Positions 1 through 9,603 of a stretch of DNA of 64,000 nucleotides are shown here, piece after piece. Location of the stretch: positions 60,576-124,575 of the forward strand of contig JBLNCY010000057.1 in assembly GCA_050261115.1 (NCBI GenBank), in the 5' to 3' direction. A program made the position numbers and the translations under genes. The notes under the pieces were generated by a model. It did no database searches, had not been told where the DNA came from, and saw only the letters and a program-made list of their open reading frames with translations. The stretch comes from Methanocella sp. (GTDB lineage Archaea > Thermoproteota > Bathyarchaeia > Bathyarchaeales > Bathycorpusculaceae). Position 1 is the first letter of the stretch. The number at the start of each line of letters is the position of its first letter.

Positions 1-908
1 ACTTTTTTGTCGCCATCGCTGCTATAAATTGAGCAGGCGATAACTGGGCAAGCGCCTTCTCGGGCGTCTGGAACGCGATTAGCAAGGGGGGAATAGACCT
101 CTATGTCTATGGCTGCTCGTCTAAACTGAGGTGCAGGGTACTCGAGGAGCTTTGCCCACATTTCGGCGTAGCTGCGTTCCTCTTCACTGCATTCTTTGAA
201 GGTGTCTCGGATTTTGGCCAGATTCTCTGACGCCGTGATATCGACGGCCTCGACGAGGTTGCCGTCTTTAACTTCATAAATCATGCCCGGCTGGAGCTTG
301 CGGTCGAAAATGTATGACTGGTAATATTTGATTCTGGCTTCCCAAATCTTTGCCCCTGCATCTTGCATGCTTACCCCAAATATGCCTTTGTAATCCTCGG
401 GGATTATGTCTCGAATTGAGCTTCCGGGGCGTCCGCCGACTGCCTGGGGGTCTTTGCAGACGATTTTGGTGACTTCTATTTCTTTGTCGTTTAAGGGGTC
501 AAAGCGTTTGACCGTCTCAAAATGGTCAAAGCCCTCGTGATTTTTCACCCGCTCAAAAAGCTCCATCTCCTCTTTAGCGATGCTTGTTAAACAGTAGGGG
601 AGATGCCCTGTGTTGTCATACCAGAAGTACATTTCTCCTGCTTGGGGCTCATAGAGCTTGATTACCGCCTTCCTCAGTTTGCCATCGTAGCCTGCGGATA
701 CAAAGTAGGACGGCGGCAGGTTAGGTGGTGCAACGGGGGGGTTTGCGTGTGGTTTGCGTTCACGCTTCTTTAGGGGTGCAGGTTCCGCAGTTACGGTTGG
801 GGGCTGCGGTTGTTTTTCTTCCTCTTTGGGCTGCGCTGGTGCCGGTGGAGGTGCCTTCTGTGGTTTAGATGTTCCCCAGAAACTATCTAAACTCTGCTGT
901 TTTGGCAT
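1..908 (-). CDS. polB1: Family B DNA polymerase (PolB1 type), N-terminal part; runs off window start
   Basis: Hand translation from ATG at 908: MPKQQSLDSFW...YFVSAGYDGKLRKAVIKLYEP...FWYDNTGHLPYC...IWEARIKYYQSYIFD...RRAAIDIEVYSP (ExoI DIE motif). Open to base 1; absent from the ORF track because it has no stop in the window. Confidence 0.9.
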   Translation of the reverse strand, partial: MPKQQSLDSFWGTSKPQKAPPPAPAQPKEEEKQPQPPTVTAEPAPLKKRERKPHANPPVAPPNLPPSYFVSAGYDGKLRKAVIKLYEPQAGEMYFWYDNTGHLPYCLTSIAKEEMELFERVKNHEGFDHFETVKRFDPLNDKEIEVTKIVCKDPQAVGGRPGSSIRDIIPEDYKGIFGVSMQDAGAKIWEARIKYYQSYIFDRKLQPGMIYEVKDGNLVEAVDITASENLAKIRDTFKECSEEERSYAEMWAKLLEYPAPQFRRAAIDIEVYSPLANRVPDAREGACPVIACSIYSSDGDKK

Positions 909-1011
909 CCTCTCTCTGAACCCTTTTTATCCACTATGAGTATGAGGCACTATAAACGTTTGCTGCATAACCTGCTTAAACCGCTGAGACGAAAACAAAA
1001 CAATAAAGGGG

Positions 1012-1590
1012 TTAATTTAGGAGTTCAAGAAGCCTGTTCCATGACTCTTTAGCATCTTTAGCGTTTTGGTTGCGAGGAAAAAAGCTGCAGATAACACCTA
1101 AATCCCTACAGCTATCCAAGTTCCGCTTCAAATCATCCACAAACAACACCTGACCACCCGCGATCTGCGAAATCACGTATTGGACTTGTGCTCGTTTGCT
1201 TGGGAACCGTTCGCGACCCACAACCTCCTTGATGAAGCCGGCTAAGCCATGCTCTTCAAGATAGCCTTGGATTACCCGCTTAGTTTGCATGGAGACGATA
1301 TAGATAGGGATTTTTTTCTGTCTAACTGCCTTGAGGAATCCTGCGATATAGGGTACCTGTGGGCTCCTCTTTAGCGCTTCAATCTCCATTTTCTCAATTT
1401 CTGCGCTGGCTTGTGCAAAAACTGGTGTGCCAAAGTATTGCTCATAAAACGTGAGGAGACTCTTAACCTCTTGTCCAGTGCATGTTGATGCTAACTTTAG
1501 TGCTTCTTTCCAGTTCACCTCAACGTTGACTACTATGCCGTCGAAGTCAAGCGCAACCGCCGCAACTTTTGGGTTTATGCTACTTGCCAT
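1012..1590 (-). CDS. HAD-superfamily hydrolase/phosphatase
   Basis: Motif I DFDGIV, motif IV FVDDLKRN; overlaps the upstream ATP-grasp gene. Confidence 0.8.
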   Translation of the reverse strand: MASSINPKVAAVALDFDGIVVNVEVNWKEALKLASTCTGQEVKSLLTFYEQYFGTPVFAQASAEIEKMEIEALKRSPQVPYIAGFLKAVRQKKIPIYIVSMQTKRVIQGYLEEHGLAGFIKEVVGRERFPSKRAQVQYVISQIAGGQVLFVDDLKRNLDSCRDLGVICSFFPRNQNAKDAKESWNRLLELLN

Positions 1591-2657
1591 GTTTTATCTT
1601 CATGCTCCAGAATTACTCCGGCGTCTAGTTGTCGTACCAGCAGATAATTGGCTGGGAATAGGTCGTAGGTGGGTAGTTTGCCGTCTGTTTCGCCTAAGAG
1701 CGCCAGTTTAAGGTATTGGTAGGCTAGGTTGAGTTCGGGTTTGTTAAATACCTTGGCAAACGCGTAGCCCCATAGTGGTGCGGTGGTGTGCCATTTGCCA
1801 TCCACTTCGGTTACTACGGGGTTGCCGTCTGCGTCTTCTTTGATGTCGGTAGAGTAGAATCCATGTGGCTGCAGGTCAAGTGCTTTAACGGATTCTATTC
1901 CGATGCGGCTAATTTTCTGGTCCACTATGGTGCGGGCGATGGTTGGCGTTCCCGTTACCCCCGAGAGCGAGATATGCTTGAGGAAGTACTCTAAGCGTTC
2001 ACGACAGTAAGACGTCACCAGTTTACCTTTATACCAAAGCGAGTCACATGCCAAGTCGCGGCCAGGCAGAAACTCTTGGATTACAAAATCGCTGACTCTA
2101 CTTCTTCCCTGCGAAACGTTAAGTTCAACCCAAAGCCGCGCTTGCTGAGCGTCGGAGACTTTTAGGCCTAGTCTGCCGCCTGCGCCACGGCGCGCCCGTA
2201 TCCAAAGCGGCGCCCCAATCCGGCTGAATGCTTGTTCTATATCTTGGAAGCTGCTTACTTCGATGGTTTTGGGGACGCGGACTCCTTTGGCCAGTAGGGC
2301 GTTGTGGATGAATAGTTTGTCTGGCATGATGGCGTTGGGTTGAGGTAGGTAGGTTTTTACGTTGTTGAATTGGGTCAGGTTTTGTGAGACGACTTGGGCT
2401 TCGCTTGAGGGGTGAGGGTGGAGGAAGTCGATTTTGTGGGTTTGGATGATTTTTTGTAGGAGTGGGATGAAGGTGGGGTCGTCGTGTCGGGGTGAGTGGT
2501 ATCTTGTGTCGGTGTCTGGGAACCGTAGGAGGTGGGGGTTGTGGTCGGTGCAGGCGATGTAGATGGGGATGTTTTTCTGTTGCTGTGCGAGTCTGAGGGC
2601 TCGGATGAAGCTAATGCCGCCGGAGCCGCCAGAGCCTGTTACAAGTATGTTTGTCAT
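1575..2657 (-). CDS. ATP-grasp ligase (CarB/PylC-like N-terminus)
   Basis: NILVTGSGGSGG N-terminus, GAGGRLG loop, VIQEFLPG, VTEVDGK. Confidence 0.8.
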   Translation of the reverse strand: MTNILVTGSGGSGGISFIRALRLAQQQKNIPIYIACTDHNPHLLRFPDTDTRYHSPRHDDPTFIPLLQKIIQTHKIDFLHPHPSSEAQVVSQNLTQFNNVKTYLPQPNAIMPDKLFIHNALLAKGVRVPKTIEVSSFQDIEQAFSRIGAPLWIRARRGAGGRLGLKVSDAQQARLWVELNVSQGRSRVSDFVIQEFLPGRDLACDSLWYKGKLVTSYCRERLEYFLKHISLSGVTGTPTIARTIVDQKISRIGIESVKALDLQPHGFYSTDIKEDADGNPVVTEVDGKWHTTAPLWGYAFAKVFNKPELNLAYQYLKLALLGETDGKLPTYDLFPANYLLVRQLDAGVILEHEDKTWQVA

Positions 2658-3463
2658 TGCGTCTCACGTTTCTGTTCTTGTACTATCTGGTAAGCTTGGC
2701 TTCCAGTTAAAAACGTTATATCCAAAGCGGCGAGTTCCTCGACGAGTTTCGGGTAGACTCTGCCTCCCTTCATCATCACCGCATTGTCATGCCAAAGCAA
2801 AGTAAGCAACTCCGCGCCGCCCTCGTAGAGTTCTTTGGCGGTTTTTACGATGTAGGGCACGATGGATTCCTCGGTGTGCTTCATGTAGGTGAAGAGGTAG
2901 GCGTCCATGTAGGTGATGGGAAACACAGTAACGCCGTCCCGCTCAAAACAACCAGTGTTTCTAGGAGTTATGGTGTGTTTGTCGTATGAGATGGATGAGT
3001 CGTATTTGATGCTTGCTGCCTTAAAGTTGGGGTAGGTGTTTTCTTGGATTTTGAGACAGTGGATTCGGCAGCCCACGATGGGTGCACCTAAGGCTTGCTC
3101 AATTAGGCTTTTCTCTTTGTCTACGTCTTGTTGGTTGGCAGTATTGTTTGCGTGTAACCCAACCTCCCAGCCATGTGCCCTAAGATCACGGAGAGTTTCT
3201 GAGTACTCCATTACGGGGCTTCCATCATCATATATAGGGCGGAAGAAGAATGTTGAGCGAATCCCGTGTTTCCCTTCGATTTCACATATTCTTGGTACCC
3301 CAAAGTAGGGGTTAAAATTGCCCTCTTGCATTTTTTGGATGATGTCTGGGGTAAATCTGTCTTGCCTTGCCAGAACGTGCGCCTTGCCCGGACCGTTTAA
3401 GGGCCAGTCAACGTCGTGGGTTAAAACGAGTTTACGCTGACTTTTGGGCGTCGGTGACTTCAA
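2654..3463 (-). CDS. Polysaccharide deacetylase (CE4/NodB-like) family protein
   Basis: LTHDVD, STFFF, EVGLH, YDSS, PITYMD and LLWH motifs; TTG start. Confidence 0.8.
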   Translation of the reverse strand: MKSPTPKSQRKLVLTHDVDWPLNGPGKAHVLARQDRFTPDIIQKMQEGNFNPYFGVPRICEIEGKHGIRSTFFFRPIYDDGSPVMEYSETLRDLRAHGWEVGLHANNTANQQDVDKEKSLIEQALGAPIVGCRIHCLKIQENTYPNFKAASIKYDSSISYDKHTITPRNTGCFERDGVTVFPITYMDAYLFTYMKHTEESIVPYIVKTAKELYEGGAELLTLLWHDNAVMMKGGRVYPKLVEELAALDITFLTGSQAYQIVQEQKRETQ

Positions 3464-3555
3464 GGCGGGTCTCCGCTTCTCTATTAGGCTTTGGGATATA
3501 AAGATTTACAGTAACCACTAACCCAGTTGCCGATTGTAGAGCTACCGAATGGGGT

Positions 3556-3732
3556 TTATTCGGCGATGTAGCCTTCTAAGCCGTTTAGAAGCGACTTCAT
3601 GCGGGGTTTATGCTTCTTGTGGATGTGAACGTCCACTTCGTTTTTGGTATCGAAGATTCTTCCGCATTCAGCGCACATGTACTGTCCGGCTCTGGTTGTG
3701 GGGGTGCTTCTTCGCTTAACTACCTGACTCAT
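3556..3732 (-). CDS. Small C2H2 zinc-finger protein (58 aa), below the ORF-track cutoff
   Basis: MSQVVKRRSTPTTRAGQYMCAECGRIFDTKNEVDVHIHKKHKPRMKSLLNGLEGYIAE; Y-x-C-x2-C-x3-F-x8-H-x4-H; AGAGG directly before the ATG. Confidence 0.8.
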   Translation of the reverse strand: MSQVVKRRSTPTTRAGQYMCAECGRIFDTKNEVDVHIHKKHKPRMKSLLNGLEGYIAE

Positions 3733-3805
3733 CCTCTAACTCCTACTGGTTATTATAAAAATGGAAAATGGCTTAACTTGCTGTGTGCAGGCAAACAGTT
3801 ACACA

Positions 3806-3955
3806 CTATTCTTGCTCGTGTTCTTTTCCTTCCTCTATGAGTTCACGGACCCGTGGCCCACCTTTTGCGCCGCCTTTTCTACCGGCTTCCTCAACTGTCA
3901 TTTTCCCTTTTCTTGCGCTTGTTTCCATGTCCTCTTCTCTTCGCCTTCTTGACAA
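3806..3955 (-). CDS. Small hydrophilic KGG-motif stress protein (GsiB/Em-like)
   Basis: MTVEEAGRKGGAKGGPRVRELIEEGK; GGAGGTGA RBS 5 nt before TTG at 3955. Confidence 0.75.
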   Translation of the reverse strand: MSRRRREEDMETSARKGKMTVEEAGRKGGAKGGPRVRELIEEGKEHEQE

Positions 3956-4106
3956 ACATGTCACCTCCATTGTCGGAGCTTGCCAATGAAACTCTAGCAG
4001 ATTTGAATTCGACATAAAGCTATGTGGCTGTTATTACGCAGTAACATTCCATTTTGGGTTGTATTGCTTATTAGGGGCACCGCGTTGTTAGAACTGTGAA
4101 CCGAAA

Positions 4107-5453
4107 TTGTTGCGGGAAGCTTGGACAATCGCCATAGAAACCCTGAGTTGGATGGAGATTCGCAGACTAAACGAGCGCAGCGCCCTGCTACGCACTACTA
4201 AGCAGCTAAACATCAACAACCCCGGGGTCATGCGCTTAGCTTATGGCTTGGTTGTGGAGACAACCCGCCGCAAAAACCTCATCGACAAACTCATAAATGA
4301 CGTAGTCTCGCCCAAAACTCTAAAGGAGTTCGATCAAGGCTTACAGGCGTTCCTGCGCCTCTACGTTTACCAGACCCGAGTTACCAAGAACTGGGGTAAA
4401 TATAACCTCAAAGAAGCTAGCAACATTGCCAGCCTTGGACGCAGCATCCTGGGTTGGGAATCCATGCTGGAAATCGAGCCCTACCTCGGCTTCCTTTTAA
4501 CCCGAAAAATTAGCCCCATAATCGAGGCGGCGCCGGTAGCAGAGAAAATCGCCCTTCAAACCTTCAACCCAACCTGGTTTGTGGAGTACTGCTTTAGCCA
4601 CTTTGGCAAAGAAGAAGCCGTCGCGTTCCTTCAGGGCAGCCTCAATCCGCCTCCGACGTACATTCGTATAAACACGCTGGCCGGCTCAGAAGAAGAAATC
4701 CTCCCTAAGCTATCCGCGGAAGGAATTAGGCTCGAAAAGGCTGAACCCCTAAAGTATACCTACAAAGTCCTCGAAACCAAACAGCCATTGAACAATTCGC
4801 AGGCTCTTAGGGCAGGCCTCTTCTATGTGCAAGACAAAGCTAGTTGCTTTGCAACTCAAGCCGCAAACCCAAAGCCCGGCAGCGTGGTCTTTGATGTCTG
4901 CGCCGCACCGGGAGCCAAAACCACCTTCCTTGCCCAGCTTATGCAAAATCAAGGCAGAATAACCTCCGTCGACTTCTCTGCCAAACGCATGAAGACCTGG
5001 CAAAAGGAAACCCATCGCATGCAAGTCACAAATGCGGAGTCACTGGTTGCAGACGCAAGAGTCTCCATCCCCTTAGTTGGGCAAGCTGACCTTTTGGTTC
5101 TTGATCCGCCTTGCACAAGCAGCGGCGTCTTTGCTAAGCAGCCCTCGGCCAAATGGCGTCTTAGCCCAAAATCCATCCAGAACATGAGTGCGATTCAGCT
5201 GAAAATGATTAACAACTGCGCTGACAAAGTCAAAGCTGGCGGCACCTTAGTTTACTCTACTTGTAGCATTACGGTGGAGGAGAATGAGGGGGTCATAGAA
5301 GCTTTCCTGCAAGCCCACCCAGAGTTCAGTCTTGTAGAGATTGAGCCAAAAGCTGGGCTACCAGGACTTAAAGGCTTAACTCAGTGCCAACGCCTCTACC
5401 CGCACCTGCACCACTGCAATGGCTTCTTCATAGCCAAACTACAGAAGCAGTAA
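4107..5453 (+). CDS. RsmB/NOL1/NOP2/Sun RNA m5C methyltransferase with NusB-like N-terminus
   Basis: VQDKAS, DVCAAPGAKT, DPPCTSSG, YSTCS and GFFIAKL motifs. Confidence 0.92.
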   Translation: MLREAWTIAIETLSWMEIRRLNERSALLRTTKQLNINNPGVMRLAYGLVVETTRRKNLIDKLINDVVSPKTLKEFDQGLQAFLRLYVYQTRVTKNWGKYNLKEASNIASLGRSILGWESMLEIEPYLGFLLTRKISPIIEAAPVAEKIALQTFNPTWFVEYCFSHFGKEEAVAFLQGSLNPPPTYIRINTLAGSEEEILPKLSAEGIRLEKAEPLKYTYKVLETKQPLNNSQALRAGLFYVQDKASCFATQAANPKPGSVVFDVCAAPGAKTTFLAQLMQNQGRITSVDFSAKRMKTWQKETHRMQVTNAESLVADARVSIPLVGQADLLVLDPPCTSSGVFAKQPSAKWRLSPKSIQNMSAIQLKMINNCADKVKAGGTLVYSTCSITVEENEGVIEAFLQAHPEFSLVEIEPKAGLPGLKGLTQCQRLYPHLHHCNGFFIAKLQKQ

Positions 5454-6050
5454 TCAACCGCTACCAAAATCGCCCAGCGTCCTCTGCGGCGACTCCTTAC
5501 TATAGAGCGGGTATGTCACTTTTGTGCCCTCTACATGTGCCAACTCGTTGAGCTCATGCCGCACCGTACCATCCTTGCTGATTATATGCAGCACTTGGAT
5601 ATGCCTGGCGACCAATGCGTCGCTAATCAGGTTGCGGTGGCACTTCCAGGGCAACGCCTCAGCACACATCAACGCCACCCGATTCTCCCTTGCCAAAGCA
5701 ACAATTTTCAGAAGTGCTTCGGTGAATTCTTTGCTTTGCATATAGTCGGCGTATCCCCGGAAACTTGGATTTTTCAAGCCGAGGTTGATGCTGTTGGCTT
5801 TGGGGTGACGTAGGCCGCCGATTTCGGGCAGATGCACATATTTTATGTTATAGCGTTTGAGGGTGTTGGGTAGTGCTTCTTTGTTGAATTGGGGGTTGTG
5901 GCGGCTGTGCGGCGCTGTGCGGACGTCGATAACTAGGGTGACGGAATAGGTTTGCAGGAGTTCTAAGAATTCTTCTATGGTGCGTGTACTGTGCCCTATG
6001 GTGAGCACGGTCAAGTCTGGTTCTTTACTCAACTCAGATAATGCCCTCAT
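5454..6050 (-). CDS. DUF488 family protein
   Basis: TIGHSTR, IDVRTAPHSRHNPQFN, LMCAEALPWKCHRNLI; alternative TTG start at 6032. Confidence 0.85.
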   Translation of the reverse strand: MRALSELSKEPDLTVLTIGHSTRTIEEFLELLQTYSVTLVIDVRTAPHSRHNPQFNKEALPNTLKRYNIKYVHLPEIGGLRHPKANSINLGLKNPSFRGYADYMQSKEFTEALLKIVALARENRVALMCAEALPWKCHRNLISDALVARHIQVLHIISKDGTVRHELNELAHVEGTKVTYPLYSKESPQRTLGDFGSG

Positions 6051-6387
6051 CTGCTGATATGGGCGGTTTGGATATAAGAATTAACCCTCAAACTGCCCTA
6101 GCACAGATACCTTGACAAAAGTTAGGAGAGAGATGCAAAAAAATTCATTGAGTAAACAAATAATCCCTCCCTTTTGCTTCGAACGGTATGGGTAGATTCA
6201 GCAAAACTTAGGTGCTTTAGCGGCTGTTATCCCATCCTCTATGGCTCTACAGCAAGAGACTTAAAACCGTTAACTTGCCTCTGCCTTGAGAATTAACACT
6301 CTAAGGCTCGAAACACATCACTAAAGATGAAAGATAGGCCTCATTCATTTTTATGTGGCGTTCAGGTTTAGTTAGGTCTTGCACTTA

Positions 6388-6454
6388 CAAGCCATTGTTG
6401 AACCCTTGGTTGATTCTATATATAAGGGGGGGTCTATGGCAGAGCAATAGACGC
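6388..6454 (-). repeat. Dispersed ~68-bp intergenic element, copy 1
   Basis: Reverse complement: gcgtctattgctctgccatagacccccccttatatatagaatcaaccaagggttcaacaatggcttg. Confidence 0.85.
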
Positions 6455-6700
6455 TGTTTATTTGTTGGGTGCCGGACTAATTGCAGAACCAAAAACAACA
6501 AACCGATTAATTCCCAGCTTTCACACTGGGTCCCTAGCAGGCGTTGGGTTGCTATCAAACCTGCCATTTTGTACCTAAAAATGTGCTAAACCGCCATTCC
6601 AGCGGCAGCTTTTGGGTTTTCCTTTTATAGGAAGGTTTTTAGTATAGTTATTGTATGAGTCTGTGAAAAAGTACAGAGTCTATAATGAGGTTAACATATT

Positions 6701-7429
6701 ATGTCCGTATTTGCAGCACCTGGAGCATATGACCGTGCAATAACTGTATTCTCGCCTGATGGCCGACTATTTCAAGTCGAATACGCGATGGAGCTCGTAA
6801 ATCGCGGGGCCACCATACTTGGCATCCAAACCTCAGAAGGATTAGTTCTAGGATCAGAAGAAAACATTGAAGTCCTCGAAGAAGCAGGCTACAGCTGGAA
6901 AATCTTCCGCGTCGACGATCACATCGGCGCAGCCATCGTCGGCTTATCAAGCGACGCCAGAATACTAATCGATCAAGCACGCATCTATGCTCAAAGTAAT
7001 AAACTAACATACGACGAACCCATCGACGTAGAAGTCGTAACCAAACGCATCTGCGACATCCAACAAATGTACACCCAACACGCAGGTGTCCGACCCTTCG
7101 GCGTATCCATAATCTTCGGCGGAGTCGACAAAACCGGTCCACGCGTCTTCGGAACCCACCCAAGCGGCACATACCGCGGCTACAAAGCCACCGCCTTGGG
7201 AGCAGGACGCGAAACCGTACTAAACATCCTAAAAGAAGAATACAAAGACGACATGACCATTGACAACACCATAAAATTAGCGGTAAAATGCCTAGTCAAA
7301 GCACTCGAAGCACGCCAGCTACCACCCAGAATCAAAATCGCAATCATCCCAGCAGCAACAAAGAAAATGGAAATGCTAAACGACAACACAGTCGAAGGAT
7401 ACATCAAAGAGCTGGGCCAAAGCAAGTGA
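6701..7429 (+). CDS. psmA: Proteasome alpha subunit
   Basis: YDRAITVFSPDGRLFQVEYA; VRPFGVS. Confidence 0.97.
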   Translation: MSVFAAPGAYDRAITVFSPDGRLFQVEYAMELVNRGATILGIQTSEGLVLGSEENIEVLEEAGYSWKIFRVDDHIGAAIVGLSSDARILIDQARIYAQSNKLTYDEPIDVEVVTKRICDIQQMYTQHAGVRPFGVSIIFGGVDKTGPRVFGTHPSGTYRGYKATALGAGRETVLNILKEEYKDDMTIDNTIKLAVKCLVKALEARQLPPRIKIAIIPAATKKMEMLNDNTVEGYIKELGQSK

Positions 7430-7436
7430 CAAACTG

Positions 7437-8123
7437 ATGAGCGAAAAGTTCACAGTCGCACGCTTAACCAGAGAAAACGAACACTTTGAAATCCTCGTAA
7501 AACCAGCAAAAGCGCTCTACTACCGCAACGGCAAAATCGCAGGGATAACTGAGGTTTTAGCCGCCGACATCATTTTTTCTGACGCTAACAAGGGCACCCG
7601 AGTCTCAGAGGAGGCTATGAAAAAAGCCTTCAAAACCACAGACACCCTAAAAATCGCAGATGAAATCCTCAAAAAAGGCACCCTTCAACTCACAACTGAA
7701 CAACGCAGAAAAATGGTCGAGGACAAAAAACGGCAAGTGATTGACTTTATCGCTCGACAGGCAGTTGACCCCAAAACCAACCTGCCTCATCCGCCCATGC
7801 GCATCGAAAACGCCATGGAGCAAATCCGTTACTCCATAGACCCATACAAGTCCGTGGAGGAGCAAGCAAAAGACATCGTTAAACTCTTACGACCTATCCT
7901 GCCGCTTAAAGTCGAGCAGGTCAAGGTTGCAGTAAAAATCCCCGCACAATACGCCTCCAGAGCCTACGGCACCGTTAAAACGTTGGGCACCATAAAACGT
8001 GAAGAATGGCGCGGCGACGGCTCTTGGTACGGCGAACTTGAATTACCCGCAGGCGCCTATGCTTCGCTTCTAAACAAGCTTGGCGACGCCACAAAGGGAA
8101 GCGGAGAAGCAAAAATAATCTAA
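7437..8123 (+). CDS. Ribosome maturation factor SBDS/Sdo1
   Basis: HFEILV, IFSDANKG, QLTTEQRR, PHPPMRIENAM; conserved position after psmA. Confidence 0.95.
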   Translation: MSEKFTVARLTRENEHFEILVKPAKALYYRNGKIAGITEVLAADIIFSDANKGTRVSEEAMKKAFKTTDTLKIADEILKKGTLQLTTEQRRKMVEDKKRQVIDFIARQAVDPKTNLPHPPMRIENAMEQIRYSIDPYKSVEEQAKDIVKLLRPILPLKVEQVKVAVKIPAQYASRAYGTVKTLGTIKREEWRGDGSWYGELELPAGAYASLLNKLGDATKGSGEAKII

Positions 8124-8146
8124 GTAATATGAAAAATGGTGATTTT

Positions 8147-8860
8147 ATGCCAACATTCTTTGAAAAAAAACAACTCGTAACGCCCGGAGAATTACTCGCA
8201 GAAGGCGACTACTTACCTGGCGAAAACACGTATATTGAAAACGGCAAGATATTCGCCGAAAGAATTGGACTCGTAGACAGCGATAACAAAAAAGTTAACG
8301 TGGTGGCACTTAGAGCATTTTACGTGCCAAAAGTCGGTGACATAGTAATCGGAACAGTTACTGAAGTAGGCTTCAACGGCTGGACCGTCGACATCAAATC
8401 CCCCTACACCGCCATGCTACGCGCATCCGATGTGCTTAGCAGGCCCTTTAAGCCCCAAAACGACGAGTTATCAGCAGTCCTAAACACAGGCGACCTCATC
8501 GTAGCCAAAATCGCCTCATACGACCGCGCACACGACCCACAATTAACCGTGGGCGAGCCAGGATTGGGAAAAATTACTCGCGGCCAACTCCTCAGAGTAA
8601 CCCCAACAAAGATTCCTCGTATCATCGGACGCAAGGGCTCGATGATATCTATGATTAAGCAGGAAACCAACTGTCAAATCATCCTTGGACTCAACGGCGT
8701 CGTTCTAGTCACAGGCAAGACCCCTGAAGAGGAAGCAATAGCCATCGGCGCAATCCGCAAAATTGAAGAAGAATCCCACACAAGCGGCTTAACCGATCGC
8801 ATCACACAGTTATTGAAAGAAAAGAAAACACCAGCCCAACTGGAGGAAATACAACAATGA
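8147..8860 (+). CDS. rrp4: Exosome RNA-binding subunit Rrp4
   Basis: [19 protein letters not shown] (S1), [11 protein letters not shown] (KH); GGTGA before ATG at 8147. Confidence 0.95.
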   Translation: MPTFFEKKQLVTPGELLAEGDYLPGENTYIENGKIFAERIGLVDSDNKKVNVVALRAFYVPKVGDIVIGTVTEVGFNGWTVDIKSPYTAMLRASDVLSRPFKPQNDELSAVLNTGDLIVAKIASYDRAHDPQLTVGEPGLGKITRGQLLRVTPTKIPRIIGRKGSMISMIKQETNCQIILGLNGVVLVTGKTPEEEAIAIGAIRKIEEESHTSGLTDRITQLLKEKKTPAQLEEIQQ

Positions 8861-9603
8861 ACGAAAAAACTGAAAAACTAATCGACAAGAAAGGCATCCG
8901 CGGCGACGGAAGAAAAGCGGATGAACTTCGCCCCCTAAAACTACAGGTCGGCGTACTTCCAAACGCTGATGGATCAGCATACATTGAACACGGCAAAAAC
9001 AAAATCTTAGCCGCAGCATACGGCCCAAGAGAAATGCACCCCAAGCACCTCGCACAAGCAGATCGCATGGTGCTCAGATGCAGATATCACATGGCGCCCT
9101 TTAGCGTGCAAGAACGCAAATCTCCCGCACCCTCACGCAGAGAAGTTGAATTAAGCAAAGTAATCAAAGAATCCCTTGAACCAGCCCTATTCCTTGAACT
9201 CTACCCCCGCACAGGCGTCGACGTCTTTGTGGAGGTTTTACAGGCAGACGGCGGAACCCGCTGCGCAAGCATTACCGCTGCAGCTCTAGCTATTGCTGAT
9301 GCGGGTGTTCCGATGCGTGATTTAGTTGTGGCATGCGCCGCAGGCAAAGTTGAGGACCAAGTCGTCTTAGACCTCTACGACGCCGAGGACAAATTAGGCT
9401 CTGCCGATGTCCCCGTTGCTTACATGCCTAATCTAAACGCAATCACGTTACTGCAGATGGATGGTGTTCTTTCTCCAGCTGAATTCGAGAAAGCAGTCAC
9501 TATGGCTATGGATGGCTGCAAAAAGATCTACCAAATGCAGAAAGAAGCACTTAAGACCAAATATATGGCTATTAAAGAAACTGAGAAGGAGACTGAAGAG
9601 TAA
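8857..9603 (+). CDS. rrp41: Exosome exonuclease Rrp41
   Basis: [31 protein letters not shown]. Confidence 0.97.
   Translation: MNEKTEKLIDKKGIRGDGRKADELRPLKLQVGVLPNADGSAYIEHGKNKILAAAYGPREMHPKHLAQADRMVLRCRYHMAPFSVQERKSPAPSRREVELSKVIKESLEPALFLELYPRTGVDVFVEVLQADGGTRCASITAAALAIADAGVPMRDLVVACAAGKVEDQVVLDLYDAEDKLGSADVPVAYMPNLNAITLLQMDGVLSPAEFEKAVTMAMDGCKKIYQMQKEALKTKYMAIKETEKETEE

Noticed and set aside
1575-2657. ATP-grasp gene as pylC or a second carB
   Set aside because: Single ATP-grasp domain, no pylB/D/S nearby, and the true carB is at 40406.
6353-6589. Short ORFs on both strands of the psmA upstream region
   Set aside because: They span the non-coding repeat element and lack RBS or protein-like composition.
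6699-7172. Long antisense ORFs over conserved genes (also 14662-15171, 40835-41518, 48560-49219, 49824-50432, 51904-52494, 61860-62408)
   Set aside because: Shadow frames opposite well-supported genes, with no motifs.
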